Shown: positions 1 to 7,674, counted from the stretch's first letter. The stretch is 42,526 bases of DNA from a virus (IMGVR_UViG_3300037424_000599:1-42526), one strand, 5' to 3'. The notes: a model not told the origin generated them from the sequence alone. A program made the numbers and translations.

Positions 1-38
1 CCCGCCGTTCGATAGTGTCCAGCATCGCCAGCGCGGCG

Positions 39-269
39 TCAAGGGCGTAGTCCCGCGCCGATGCGGCCAGGCGCGGCGTTGAATATCAGGACAAGCTCGG
101 CCATTGTGTACTGCGTCCGGCGTTCCTCGGGAGGTAGTGCGGCATACCAGTCCTGTATCTTCTGTTCGAGCGGTCTGGAGTTGTGCGCGCGTATCGCGGC
201 CGCGGCGGCGTGCCGTTCGGCTGACCACTGCCGTAATTCCCGAATGAATCTGTTTCCGTACCCGTTCAT
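39..269 (-). CDS. Hypothetical protein, possibly C-terminally truncated (wHTH-like, satellite/primase-associated type)
   Basis: ATG at 269 with GGAG upstream; ends ...APGRIGAGLRP. Confidence 0.4.
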   Translation of the reverse strand: MNGYGNRFIRELRQWSAERHAAAAAIRAHNSRPLEQKIQDWYAALPPEERRTQYTMAELVLIFNAAPGRIGAGLRP

Positions 270-357
270 CCCGTTTTCTCCCCGGTTGCCACGCGCTTCG
301 CCGCGAGCGGGTTCTGGTGGTGGTGAATACGACCCACCAACTGCACTTGCTGGGGCA

Positions 358-518
358 GTGCAATGCTGCTCCATGCATCTATATAGGCCCCATGCGCTAT
401 TGCACTCATAAATATCAAGGACTTACGTGGCATAATGCCCCCATGCGCCCATTGCACTCAACAAGTTGATAATTAAGCATATTTTGTGCAATGGCCACCC
501 TTATTGCACTCCATGCGC
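358..518. repeat. Iteron/arm-site-like repeat cluster with two IHF consensus sites
   Basis: CCATGCGC at 390, 441, 511; ATTGCACTC at 399, 451, 503; inverted GTGCAAT at 358, 486; WATCAANNNNTTR at 413-425 (+) and 459-471 (-). Confidence 0.7.
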
Positions 519-673
519 CTATGCGCCATACGGCTACCGCACTACTGCTTCTATTCGTACCATGCCTATCCGGTTGACACCCAAAATGCTACAGGCAGTA
601 TTAGCATTATAAATTCGTGTTCCACTAGAATGACCCGCATGAATCCTGACATTTTCAGCACAGCAATACACGC

Positions 674-1519
674 ATGCTAACGCCGTCCCAAAGACGTATT
701 TGGATAGTTGCGTCATTGATCTTTGTGATGTTTGTTATCCCTCAGTGCACCGAGTTCATTTCCGGTTCTTTGTACAAAATACCAGAATACGCCGGCGATC
801 AGCACTACAAGCAAGAAACCGCCAACAACATTTTCGCGCTCCTTCTGCGTTTGAACGAGTTTTTCACTGTTTTTGAGAAGCTCTTTCTTGTTGGTTCGAC
901 TATCGCCATTGCTGCCTTTACTTACACTCTCTGGAGGGCAACAACCGGCCTTTTTATCATGGCCCAAAGGCAATCTGACGATATGCGGGAATCGTTGGAC
1001 ATTGCTAAGCAATCCGCTGACGCCGCTACGAAGACCGTGGATACCATGAAAGACACTGCCAGCAAAGAATTGCGGGCTTATGTCGCACCTGCTGCTGCGT
1101 CTATAGAGGTACTGCCCGGCCGTGTGCTCGCAAAAATAGAAATCAGAAATACTGGCAAGACAATGGCAAAAGAAACTCGCGTTCGAGTTGATTTTCGGCC
1201 AGACAAAATGACGGTGATGACCTATGCCGATGATGTACATATTACCGATTACTCTATTTGGAAAACCGGGAAAAGCATTCTCATGCCAAATTCTGTATGG
1301 AGGCACTACGCTGAAATTCCGCGCACTGAAGACGAATTTGAAAAACTGAAACATGGGGTTGATAAGATTACTATCTCTGGAAGAATTGACTATATCGACA
1401 TATTTGATCAAGCCAGATGGACGATATTTAGCTTCCTTAATGGTCAACCCTCCTACAGTGGCGAGGAAATAATTGGCTGGGATGTAGAGGCCACTGAACA
1501 GGGCAATGATGCAACATAG
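674..1519 (+). CDS. Membrane-anchored hypothetical protein (moron-like)
   Basis: Two N-terminal hydrophobic helices, coiled segment ending ELRAYV, beta-rich C-terminus; AT-richer than neighbours and on the opposite strand. Confidence 0.75.
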   Translation: MLTPSQRRIWIVASLIFVMFVIPQCTEFISGSLYKIPEYAGDQHYKQETANNIFALLLRLNEFFTVFEKLFLVGSTIAIAAFTYTLWRATTGLFIMAQRQSDDMRESLDIAKQSADAATKTVDTMKDTASKELRAYVAPAAASIEVLPGRVLAKIEIRNTGKTMAKETRVRVDFRPDKMTVMTYADDVHITDYSIWKTGKSILMPNSVWRHYAEIPRTEDEFEKLKHGVDKITISGRIDYIDIFDQARWTIFSFLNGQPSYSGEEIIGWDVEATEQGNDAT

Positions 1520-1578
1520 GGCAAGCATTCCCCATCTTGCAAAACCGCCCAGTCGCTTGGCACTACCTAACATAATTT

Positions 1579-1905
1579 TCATGGCTCGCTGTCCGGGTCG
1601 AGTTCGATTGCGGTCAGAAGGTCTTTTAACTTCTGGCGGTTGAGCGGTTTCGCGGCTTCAATGTAGTCATACAGGGCATCGGCGGCCGTGTTGGCGCTGC
1701 GGATGTGGTCCTGCAGGTGTTCGACCAGCTTGACTTGTTTGTCATGGGTCGCAGCATTGACCATGCTCTCGTTCTCGTTCTCCAACTCATCGCGCTCGGC
1801 TGCCACATCCGCCACTTGTGCGTATATGTCAGCGATATCGTGCATGCCCAGCGAATAGTATAGCCGCTCGGCTTCGTCGGGGCTCATGCGGGTAGGATCG
1901 AGCAT
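1579..1905 (-). CDS. Hypothetical coiled-coil protein
   Basis: MLDPTRMSP start overlaps upstream stop (TAATG). Confidence 0.65.
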   Translation of the reverse strand: MLDPTRMSPDEAERLYYSLGMHDIADIYAQVADVAAERDELENENESMVNAATHDKQVKLVEHLQDHIRSANTAADALYDYIEAAKPLNRQKLKDLLTAIELDPDSEP

Positions 1906-1982
1906 TACCGCGTCATCCACCAGAACGGCAGCACAACCGCGGCGACCATAATGGCAAGAACAACCCATGCGACGGTGTCCAT
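1905..1982 (-). CDS. 25-aa single-TM peptide (MDTVAWVVLAIMVAAVVLPFWWMTR)
   Basis: Translated by hand; TGATG and TAATG overlaps with both neighbours. Confidence 0.65.
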   Translation of the reverse strand: MDTVAWVVLAIMVAAVVLPFWWMTR

Positions 1983-2191
1983 CAGTACCCCCTGTTGATT
2001 GATTCGGCTTGGCCGTGCCTGGGATCGTCCAGGCGATCGTCTTCCACCGTGCGGCAGCCGTCGAACTCAGACGGCTCGGTGTAAGGTCGACGGCGGTGGA
2101 TGCTGCGCCAGCGCTCGAACCTGATGCGGTCAGCCTCGATCGCGGCTTCGAGTTCCGCGCGCTCGGCAGGCGGGAGATCGTGTAGGCTCAT
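1982..2191 (-). CDS. Hypothetical protein
   Basis: ATGA overlap with upstream gene. Confidence 0.6.
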   Translation of the reverse strand: MSLHDLPPAERAELEAAIEADRIRFERWRSIHRRRPYTEPSEFDGCRTVEDDRLDDPRHGQAESINRGY

Positions 2192-2463
2192 GATTGCGTA
2201 GCCTTGGCGATTGCGGCGTGGGCTTGACTATCACGAATATCCCAGTCGGCCACTTTCCAGCCTTTAGCGCGCGGCCGGATTTGATCGTGCAGCGCCTCTA
2301 CCAACTCCGCATTGATGGTGCGCAGCCGGTCGATCTCGGCGTACAGGGTGGGTGTGCGTAGGATGGCAAACTCACCGATGGCGGGCGATATGCGGCGTTC
2401 GGCTTGGCGGCGGTCGTTCCAGCATGAGCCCTCATCTTTGCGGCGTTCGGCTTGGCGGGTCAT
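2188..2463 (-). CDS. Hypothetical protein with ERR/DRR repeats and a phage-type C-terminal helix (ELVEAL...AAIAKA)
   Basis: ATGA overlaps; duplicated RQAERR. Confidence 0.65.
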   Translation of the reverse strand: MTRQAERRKDEGSCWNDRRQAERRISPAIGEFAILRTPTLYAEIDRLRTINAELVEALHDQIRPRAKGWKVADWDIRDSQAHAAIAKATQS

Positions 2464-2807
2464 GATGCTATCCCCAACATGCCGCGTTGTATGGCCAATG
2501 CCATTTCTGCAATTAATTCCCCCTGCCTATCACCGCTGCCGGTGGATAACGCGAAACCGGACCGGGGTACCCCCTGGTAATCAGTATCCGCTACTGCTTC
2601 CACCTTGAAGAACCGCGCGGGCATCCGGCATTCATACACGCGCGTCTCGTACCCGTCGCTGGTAGCCGATTCTTTGGGCAGCGTCGCGACAAGTTCCCAT
2701 TCTCCATGTCGGAATATGGGCGGCGGGGAGTACGCATCTCCAAGGGCGTAAAAAATCTCCTGCCCACGTTCGTCGGCTTCATACATAGAATCAAATGGGA
2801 ACTTCAT
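2460..2807 (-). CDS. Hypothetical protein
   Basis: MKFPFD start, ATGA overlap, GGGGG RBS. Confidence 0.6.
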   Translation of the reverse strand: MKFPFDSMYEADERGQEIFYALGDAYSPPPIFRHGEWELVATLPKESATSDGYETRVYECRMPARFFKVEAVADTDYQGVPRSGFALSTGSGDRQGELIAEMALAIQRGMLGIAS

Positions 2808-3040
2808 GCGGTCACCCCCTTCCGATAGTAGCAAGCCAGCCGGACAGTGCCGGGCCGCAACAGGTTGATGTGTTCCTCCGCTTGGTACAGGAACGGTCGG
2901 CCGGCCAGTGCCGGCGGGCAGCGGAAGGCTGTGACGTGCAGCGACGCCGGGGGCTGCCGCAGTTCATCCGCGAGCAGGATGCTACCTGCTGAAGTGCCCA
3001 GCAGCGCGGCGGTTACGGCTAGGGTGTGGTGGAGTTTCAT
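2804..3040 (-). CDS. Small exported/membrane hypothetical protein
   Basis: Hydrophobic N-terminus, two Cys, ATGA overlap. Confidence 0.55.
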   Translation of the reverse strand: MKLHHTLAVTAALLGTSAGSILLADELRQPPASLHVTAFRCPPALAGRPFLYQAEEHINLLRPGTVRLACYYRKGVTA

Positions 3041-3774
3041 AACATCACATCCTCAAAGCATTCATAGACCAGTTCGTCGAATGCGGACCAGGCGGCGGAC
3101 TGGGCGGCGGACCAGGCGGCGGACTCGGCGGCGGACCCGGCGGCGGACTGGGCGGCGTACCAGGCGGCGTACCAGGCGGCGGACTCGGCGGCGGACCATG
3201 CGGCGGACCCGGCGGCGGACTCGGCGGACCAGGCGGCGGACCATGCGGCGGACCATGCGGCGGACTGGGCGGCGTACCAGGCGGCGGACTCGGCGGACCA
3301 GGCGGCGGACCGGGCGGCGGACCAGGCGGCGGACTCGGCGGACCATGCGGCGGACTCGGCGGACCAGGCGGCGGACCGGGCGGCGGACCAGGCGGCGCTT
3401 TGCAAGGTTTCGTCGCCCATCAAATAATCAAGCACAACGTCCGGCGCATCCCACTGGTCAACACACGATAACGCTTGCATGCGGGCGAAATATCGCAGCG
3501 CCTCGGTTGCGTCGCCGCGCGCTATGATTCTGCGGCGAGAACAAACGCCCTTATCGTTATCACGCTGGACTACATTTTCAACCTCCACGTAGCACAGCAC
3601 CGGGCCAGGCGCGTACCTGAGCGCGTGCGCTGGCGTGTCGGAAAAGTGCAGTCCGCTTTCGCACATCCTCACTTCGCCCGTATATTCCAGCCATTCGCCG
3701 TCCGGCGGGATCGGGCTACCGTCGCGCAGGGTTTCGCCTACAAAGTGCCAGCCGTAAATCGGTTTCGTTTTCAT
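3037..3774 (-). CDS. Phage protein with N-terminal CESGLHF domain (DUF7666-like) and long (S/Y)AA(W/E/R/Q) repeat tract
   Basis: CESGLHFS motif; about 100 aa of 3-4-residue Ala-rich repeats. Confidence 0.8.
   Translation of the reverse strand: MKTKPIYGWHFVGETLRDGSPIPPDGEWLEYTGEVRMCESGLHFSDTPAHALRYAPGPVLCYVEVENVVQRDNDKGVCSRRRIIARGDATEALRYFARMQALSCVDQWDAPDVVLDYLMGDETLQSAAWSAARSAAWSAESAAWSAESAAWSAARSAAWSAESAAWYAAQSAAWSAAWSAAWSAESAAGSAAWSAAESAAWYAAWYAAQSAAGSAAESAAWSAAQSAAWSAFDELVYECFEDVML
3083..3398 (-). repeat. Coding tandem repeat of 9/12-bp units (e.g. GGCGGCGGACCA)
   Basis: Directly visible degenerate tandem array. Confidence 0.9.
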
Positions 3775-4064
3775 GTCGCCACCTTAGCCGGACGCGAGTA
3801 CACATGTGCGAATTCGCGCGACTTTTCATCGCCCTGCCACACGATAATGGCGCCGCCCGGCTGGCATTCCGCGATCTTACGCGCGGCGGCGGCGCTGACC
3901 GGCCCCGGCCTGTACCCGGGCGCCCCCGGGACGGGTAAGCCGGTGAGCTTTAACGCCCCCTTGGGCGCTTGCTTGGCGGCAGTAACAAGGCCCCCTCGCG
4001 CGCCGGCCTCGCGGTTGAAGTGCACGGTACACACGGGCTTACCGGAATAAATGGTATTTTGCAT
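3771..4064 (-). CDS. Hypothetical protein
   Basis: Strong RBS AGGAGG upstream of ATG 4064. Confidence 0.65.
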   Translation of the reverse strand: MQNTIYSGKPVCTVHFNREAGARGGLVTAAKQAPKGALKLTGLPVPGAPGYRPGPVSAAAARKIAECQPGGAIIVWQGDEKSREFAHVYSRPAKVAT

Positions 4065-4140
4065 AATTACCTCCTATGACTGTTGGACTGCGGGAAAGTT
4101 CCACGAACGAGTTAACGAGTTCAATAAACAGGTTCAATCA

Positions 4141-4260
4141 TTACGCCAGCACCAGCCATGCGTAGCCGATAGACGCCAGTGGCAGCAGCAGCCAGCACAC
4201 CACCCGCACCACGCCAATCGGCACAGGTAGCGGGCGGGTTAGAATAGCCCAGGCGCGCAT
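4141..4260 (-). CDS. 39-aa hydrophobic membrane peptide (MRAWAILTRPLPVPIGVVRVVCWLLLPLASIGYAWLVLA)
   Basis: Translated by hand; TAATG overlap with upstream peptide. Confidence 0.55.
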   Translation of the reverse strand: MRAWAILTRPLPVPIGVVRVVCWLLLPLASIGYAWLVLA

Positions 4261-4331
4261 TATCCGCCCAGGATGATAACGAGGAACACGGCGAGCGCGC
4301 AGGCGAATAGGACAGCGTCATCGGGGTTCAT
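4260..4331 (-). CDS. 23-aa single-TM peptide (MNPDDAVLFACALAVFLVIILGG)
   Basis: Translated by hand; ATGA overlap with 4328..4525. Confidence 0.6.
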   Translation of the reverse strand: MNPDDAVLFACALAVFLVIILGG

Positions 4332-4525
4332 AGTGTCACCCGCTGCGCCAGCGCTTCGCTGATCTCGCCGGACCGGGCGAGCATGTCTACGTAGTCACAC
4401 CAGGCCATGCGCACGTCCGCTGGGTAGTCGTTTTGCGTCTTGCCGGGCTTGCGCGCGTAGATTGTGCCGGTTTCGTTCAGATCGCGCCAGAACGCCGCGC
4501 GGACTTGGGCTTGTGTGGCTAGCAT
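4328..4525 (-). CDS. Small phage hypothetical protein
   Basis: QNDYPADVRMAWCDYVD motif typical of small early phage proteins. Confidence 0.7.
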   Translation of the reverse strand: MLATQAQVRAAFWRDLNETGTIYARKPGKTQNDYPADVRMAWCDYVDMLARSGEISEALAQRVTL

Positions 4526-4932
4526 ACCGCCACCCCGCGATTGTAATTGAAGTCAGGCATAGGCTCGTTATTGATGTACAGAGCGCATCCGCGCGGATCG
4601 GTCTGGTGGTAGAAGTGCAGGCCGTGTTCCTTGCAGATCGCCGCGACGCGCTTCAGTGCGCCGGCCTCGCGGTCTGGGATGCGGGTACGGCTTACGGTAT
4701 TCTTGCCTGCGCCGTGCCGGTAATGGTGGCGCACCATGTAAGGCTTGCCGGTCGTTTCGTCGCGCTCGATTGCCCAGGAACCGTAGTCGTTCCCGTCGCC
4801 GCATTCCAATTCCGCCCAGCGGTGCAGCGTCAATTCTGCGCGGCGTAGCGTGTTCACTTCCGAGAACGGGAGCGCGATACCGCGGCGCTCTAGATTGCGT
4901 TGGATCTCGTTTGTATCTTGTCTTGCAGTCAT
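4519..4932 (-). CDS. Conserved phage hypothetical protein
   Basis: TLHRWAELECG...QTDPRGCALY; AGGAG RBS. Confidence 0.75.
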   Translation of the reverse strand: MTARQDTNEIQRNLERRGIALPFSEVNTLRRAELTLHRWAELECGDGNDYGSWAIERDETTGKPYMVRHHYRHGAGKNTVSRTRIPDREAGALKRVAAICKEHGLHFYHQTDPRGCALYINNEPMPDFNYNRGVAVC

Positions 4933-4947
4933 GGTGTTACTCTCCTA

Positions 4948-5096
4948 TCAGTTACCGGTCAGCCGGCCCGGCGGCGGTTAATTCCCAGATTGAAGCGGGT
5001 TACTCCTGCCCGCTTGATATGGAAACTGTTACCCGAACTGCCGGCCCTCGGCCGGTTTAATCACAATTCCGGGGCAGGTCCACTGCCCGAGAATTG
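4948..5096 (-). other. Multi-hairpin structured intergenic RNA (candidate processing site or ncRNA)
   Basis: Several inverted repeats, e.g. CAATTC..GGGCAG/CTGCCC..GAATTG and AAGCGGG/CCCGCTT. Confidence 0.5.
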
Positions 5097-5099
5097 AGA

Positions 5100-5384
5100 C
5101 TAGTTAACTTCAATCTCCTGAACAGTTATGCCGTCCGAAAGTTTGCCGATGTACGCCGTACCCGCATTGCTCATGCTGCAGTAATAGACGCGGCGCCAGC
5201 GCTCCTGCCATTGCACCATATAGCGCATAGGTATCCGCCGGCCGTACCCGCTGGCAGTCCACATCAGTCCGGCCAAATGGTGTGCCATCGGCGCGTATTG
5301 GGCTTTAACGTGGTGCGATTCGCGCGTGCCGTCGGCGCAAGTATTGATCCATGCTTCGCAGTAGTCGCCCGGTTGAATTTTCAT
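5100..5384 (-). CDS. Phage hypothetical protein
   Basis: TASGYG...WRRVY...SNAGTAY; ATGA overlap. Confidence 0.7.
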   Translation of the reverse strand: MKIQPGDYCEAWINTCADGTRESHHVKAQYAPMAHHLAGLMWTASGYGRRIPMRYMVQWQERWRRVYYCSMSNAGTAYIGKLSDGITVQEIEVN

Positions 5385-5719
5385 GATTGCACCTTGATCC
5401 CGTAGAATGCTGCCCATTCCGTTAGCGCTACGCTTGGCAAGCGTCCCGCGCGCATATCGTCGATGCATGCGCTTTGCACGGCGTCCCAGCCATCAGACGT
5501 AAGCGGATTTTCCAGAAACGCGCTGCAGTGGTCGCAATGCTGTGGGCTATCTGATGCACCTCCGCCGTCGGAGTATGGTCCCTTAGGGTAATCGTCTGAG
5601 TCATAACTTGTTTCATCCGCCGGATACGCCGGCGCCGTGCCAGCAAGGAGGTGCGCAAGTTTAACTTGCCCAGCGCAACGCTCGCACAGCAACGCGGCTT
5701 GGTAGATATAGGCATTCAT
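5381..5719 (-). CDS. Phage hypothetical Zn-binding protein
   Basis: CERC and CDHC pairs; ATGA overlap. Confidence 0.7.
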   Translation of the reverse strand: MNAYIYQAALLCERCAGQVKLAHLLAGTAPAYPADETSYDSDDYPKGPYSDGGGASDSPQHCDHCSAFLENPLTSDGWDAVQSACIDDMRAGRLPSVALTEWAAFYGIKVQS

Positions 5720-6114
5720 GATTGCACCCCCTCGCGGTCAAGTGCTTCAAGCGCCAGTTCGGCCTCAACTACGCGCCGATACGGATTACCCCATGGTTCA
5801 CCGTCGCGACCGAAGTCTATGCCGTGCAAGCTTGCGCCGCACGACCCTTGGAACGTGGCGCCGGTACCGCGTAACGCGCATTGCCAAGTATGCCACGGGT
5901 CACAGTTCCGGCCGCCGTCCTCGTCGTCTGCTATCCAGTCGGATGAAAGGCAACTAGGATCAGCAGACCATTGAAACGAGTAACCCACGTCGCGCGCTTT
6001 GCGCTCTGCTGCAGCAAGGCGGCGGGCGCCTTGCACGCGGCCTTGCATGGGCGTCTGTGTTTTCGGGTCGTAAGAGTAGCCCGCGTGCTTGAGGAAGAAT
6101 TGATAGCTGTTCAT
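5716..6114 (-). CDS. Phage hypothetical protein
   Basis: MNSYQFFLKHAGYS start with GAGG RBS. Confidence 0.7.
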   Translation of the reverse strand: MNSYQFFLKHAGYSYDPKTQTPMQGRVQGARRLAAAERKARDVGYSFQWSADPSCLSSDWIADDEDGGRNCDPWHTWQCALRGTGATFQGSCGASLHGIDFGRDGEPWGNPYRRVVEAELALEALDREGVQS

Positions 6115-6196
6115 GATTGCGCCTCGCGGCTTTATCGGTAGCCGGTAACCGTCGCACCCAGGGAGGGTGCCAATCATTTGCTGCTGATAGATATAG

Positions 6197-6212
6197 AGCA
6201 TTGACCGTGCCA
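6197..6212 (-). promoter_or_regulatory. Sigma-54 (-24/-12) promoter motif driving the early gene array
   Basis: Minus strand TGGCACG-GTCA-ATGCT vs consensus TGGCACG-N4-TTGCW. Confidence 0.6.
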
Positions 6213-6272
6213 GATTGCCCATTTATCCATTAACCCATTGCTGTGATTAGGATTTATCGCTTTCGGGCATTG

Positions 6273-6288
6273 TGGCATGGCGCTTGCT
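6273..6288 (+). promoter_or_regulatory. Sigma-54 (-24/-12) motif, divergent copy
   Basis: TGGCATG-GCGC-TTGCT. Confidence 0.55.
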
Positions 6289-6327
6289 TAAGTGCCGTGG
6301 ATTGTCACTATGTGCCCGCGCGGGGCG

Positions 6328-6741
6328 TCATGTTGCTGGCGCCGTCGCGCGCAGGGCGTCGCGGACAGTGCGCCACAGGGCTAGTCCGCCTTGCTTGACG
6401 CTGGTAACGCGTAGCTGGTTACAGGACCGGCAGATAGGCTGCAAGCCGTCACTGGCCGGCGCGCATGCGTTGTAGTCAGCGGCCGGCTTGTGGTGGTGGC
6501 AGCTACTGCAGCGCTTGCCAGCGGTAGCATATCGATCCAAGCGGGCTTGGATTCTGGCCGCTTTGCGACCGGCTTTTGTGTGGTTAGATATGGCAAGCTC
6601 GCGCTGCAGGGTTTCACGCGACATTAGCGCGACCTGGTTAGACGGCCGCGATGCGCATATTATGCAGATACTATTCTGCGGTAAGTAGTCCGTGGCGGGC
6701 TTTTCATGCCCACAGCAAAGGCAGTAAATGGTATCGGTCAT
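6328..6741 (-). CDS. Double zinc-finger protein
   Basis: CLCC..CIIC and CSSC..CRSC repeats, each with HxKPAxDY; GGAG RBS before ATG 6741. Confidence 0.7.
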   Translation of the reverse strand: MTDTIYCLCCGHEKPATDYLPQNSICIICASRPSNQVALMSRETLQRELAISNHTKAGRKAARIQARLDRYATAGKRCSSCHHHKPAADYNACAPASDGLQPICRSCNQLRVTSVKQGGLALWRTVRDALRATAPAT

Positions 6742-6789
6742 GATGTTGTCTCCGCGGTTATGAGTAAGTGAGACACAGCAGGCTAGCAA

Positions 6790-7345
6790 TAGTTCCTTGT
6801 TTTTGGCGATTAGTTTATCAAAACGAGCGCTAATTAGTTATGACAATGTTGTGATTAATCAAAATTTATGGCGCTGGTAAGGTTAATCAGTACGAGTGAA
6901 TAAAGCCGAGGATTCAGGCTGTTAGGCTTTTTAGCGGCCGAATTAGTCTTATATAACTAGTGATTGATGCCACTAAAGCGGCTTTTTGAGTACAGACGCG
7001 CGCTGAGGAGCTAGAATTGATTTATCTTACTATTTATAAGCACTAAAATAATAACGATAGTAAAGTCGAGATTTTAAAATTGGAGTGTAGATTTAAAAAC
7101 GTATAAATGATAGTAATGAATAGTTATATATGACTAATTGGATATCTCCCTTACTGGCTTTCCTTGTAAATCAATGGCTTACCCGCCTGGCCGGCTAATA
7201 CTTACTATTTGATTTTTATCACGAATAACGATATTGTCATGACTAATGCTAGCCGTGCGCCTTGCTACATCGCTGCCATACCGCATCAATTCAGGCACTT
7301 ACAGCGTTAGTCATTACTATTGCCAAATCGTTACTATTTTTAACG
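6790..7345. other. AT-rich non-coding region with repeated TTACTAT and an IHF site (candidate origin or terminus region)
   Basis: TTACTAT at 7027, 7202, 7314, 7331 and inverted at 7057, 7110; AATCAATGGCTTA at 7169-7181. Confidence 0.55.
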
Positions 7346-7401
7346 CCCGGCTGCCCGGCTGCCCGCCTTGCCGCAGTGCTGCAGCGGCGCCCTGGGCCGG
7401 T

Positions 7402-7486
7402 CAGCTAGGCTTTTTTCCTGCCAAGCGGTACGGCGGTCGCGCGCCAGCTAGCCGAGCTTTTTCTCTGCCAAGCGGCTAGGCGGTCG
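7402..7486 (+). repeat. Two imperfect ~40-bp direct repeats
   Basis: CAGCTAG..GCTTTTT..CTGCCAAGCGG..GGCGGTCG at 7402-7439 and 7445-7486. Confidence 0.75.
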
Positions 7487-7561
7487 GGCGGTTGGGGGGC
7501 GGGGTTCGCGACCCCCTCCTGTATGTTCCCTGTCTCACACACGACCGCCCGAAATTATGAA

Positions 7562-7577
7562 GTTAGTGATCACTAAC
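7562..7577. promoter_or_regulatory. Perfect 16-bp palindrome, candidate operator
   Basis: GTTAGTGATCACTAAC. Confidence 0.5.
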
Positions 7578-7645
7578 ATGACAATCCCTTCGCACAAAAT
7601 TTTACCGCCCGCCCCCTAACCCTTCCTGTCAATCCCTTCACACCT

Positions 7646-7674
7646 TTGACAACCCCGCCACGATGTGCCATAAT
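7646..7674 (+). promoter_or_regulatory. Sigma-70 promoter of the late block
   Basis: TTGACA-17 bp-CATAAT with TG extension. Confidence 0.75.

Noticed and set aside
713-1582. 289-aa minus-strand ORF
   Set aside because: Antisense to the more protein-like 674..1519 membrane gene
3083-3398. Possible CRISPR array
   Set aside because: Units are 9-12 bp, contiguous with no unique spacers, and in-frame coding repeats
2847-3527. Arg-rich ORFs (2847..3527 +, 3062..3346 -)
   Set aside because: Shadow frames of the tandem repeat in the real 3037..3774 gene
4121-4321. 66-aa ORF from the track
   Set aside because: Better explained by two coupled TM peptides in other frames with exact start/stop overlaps
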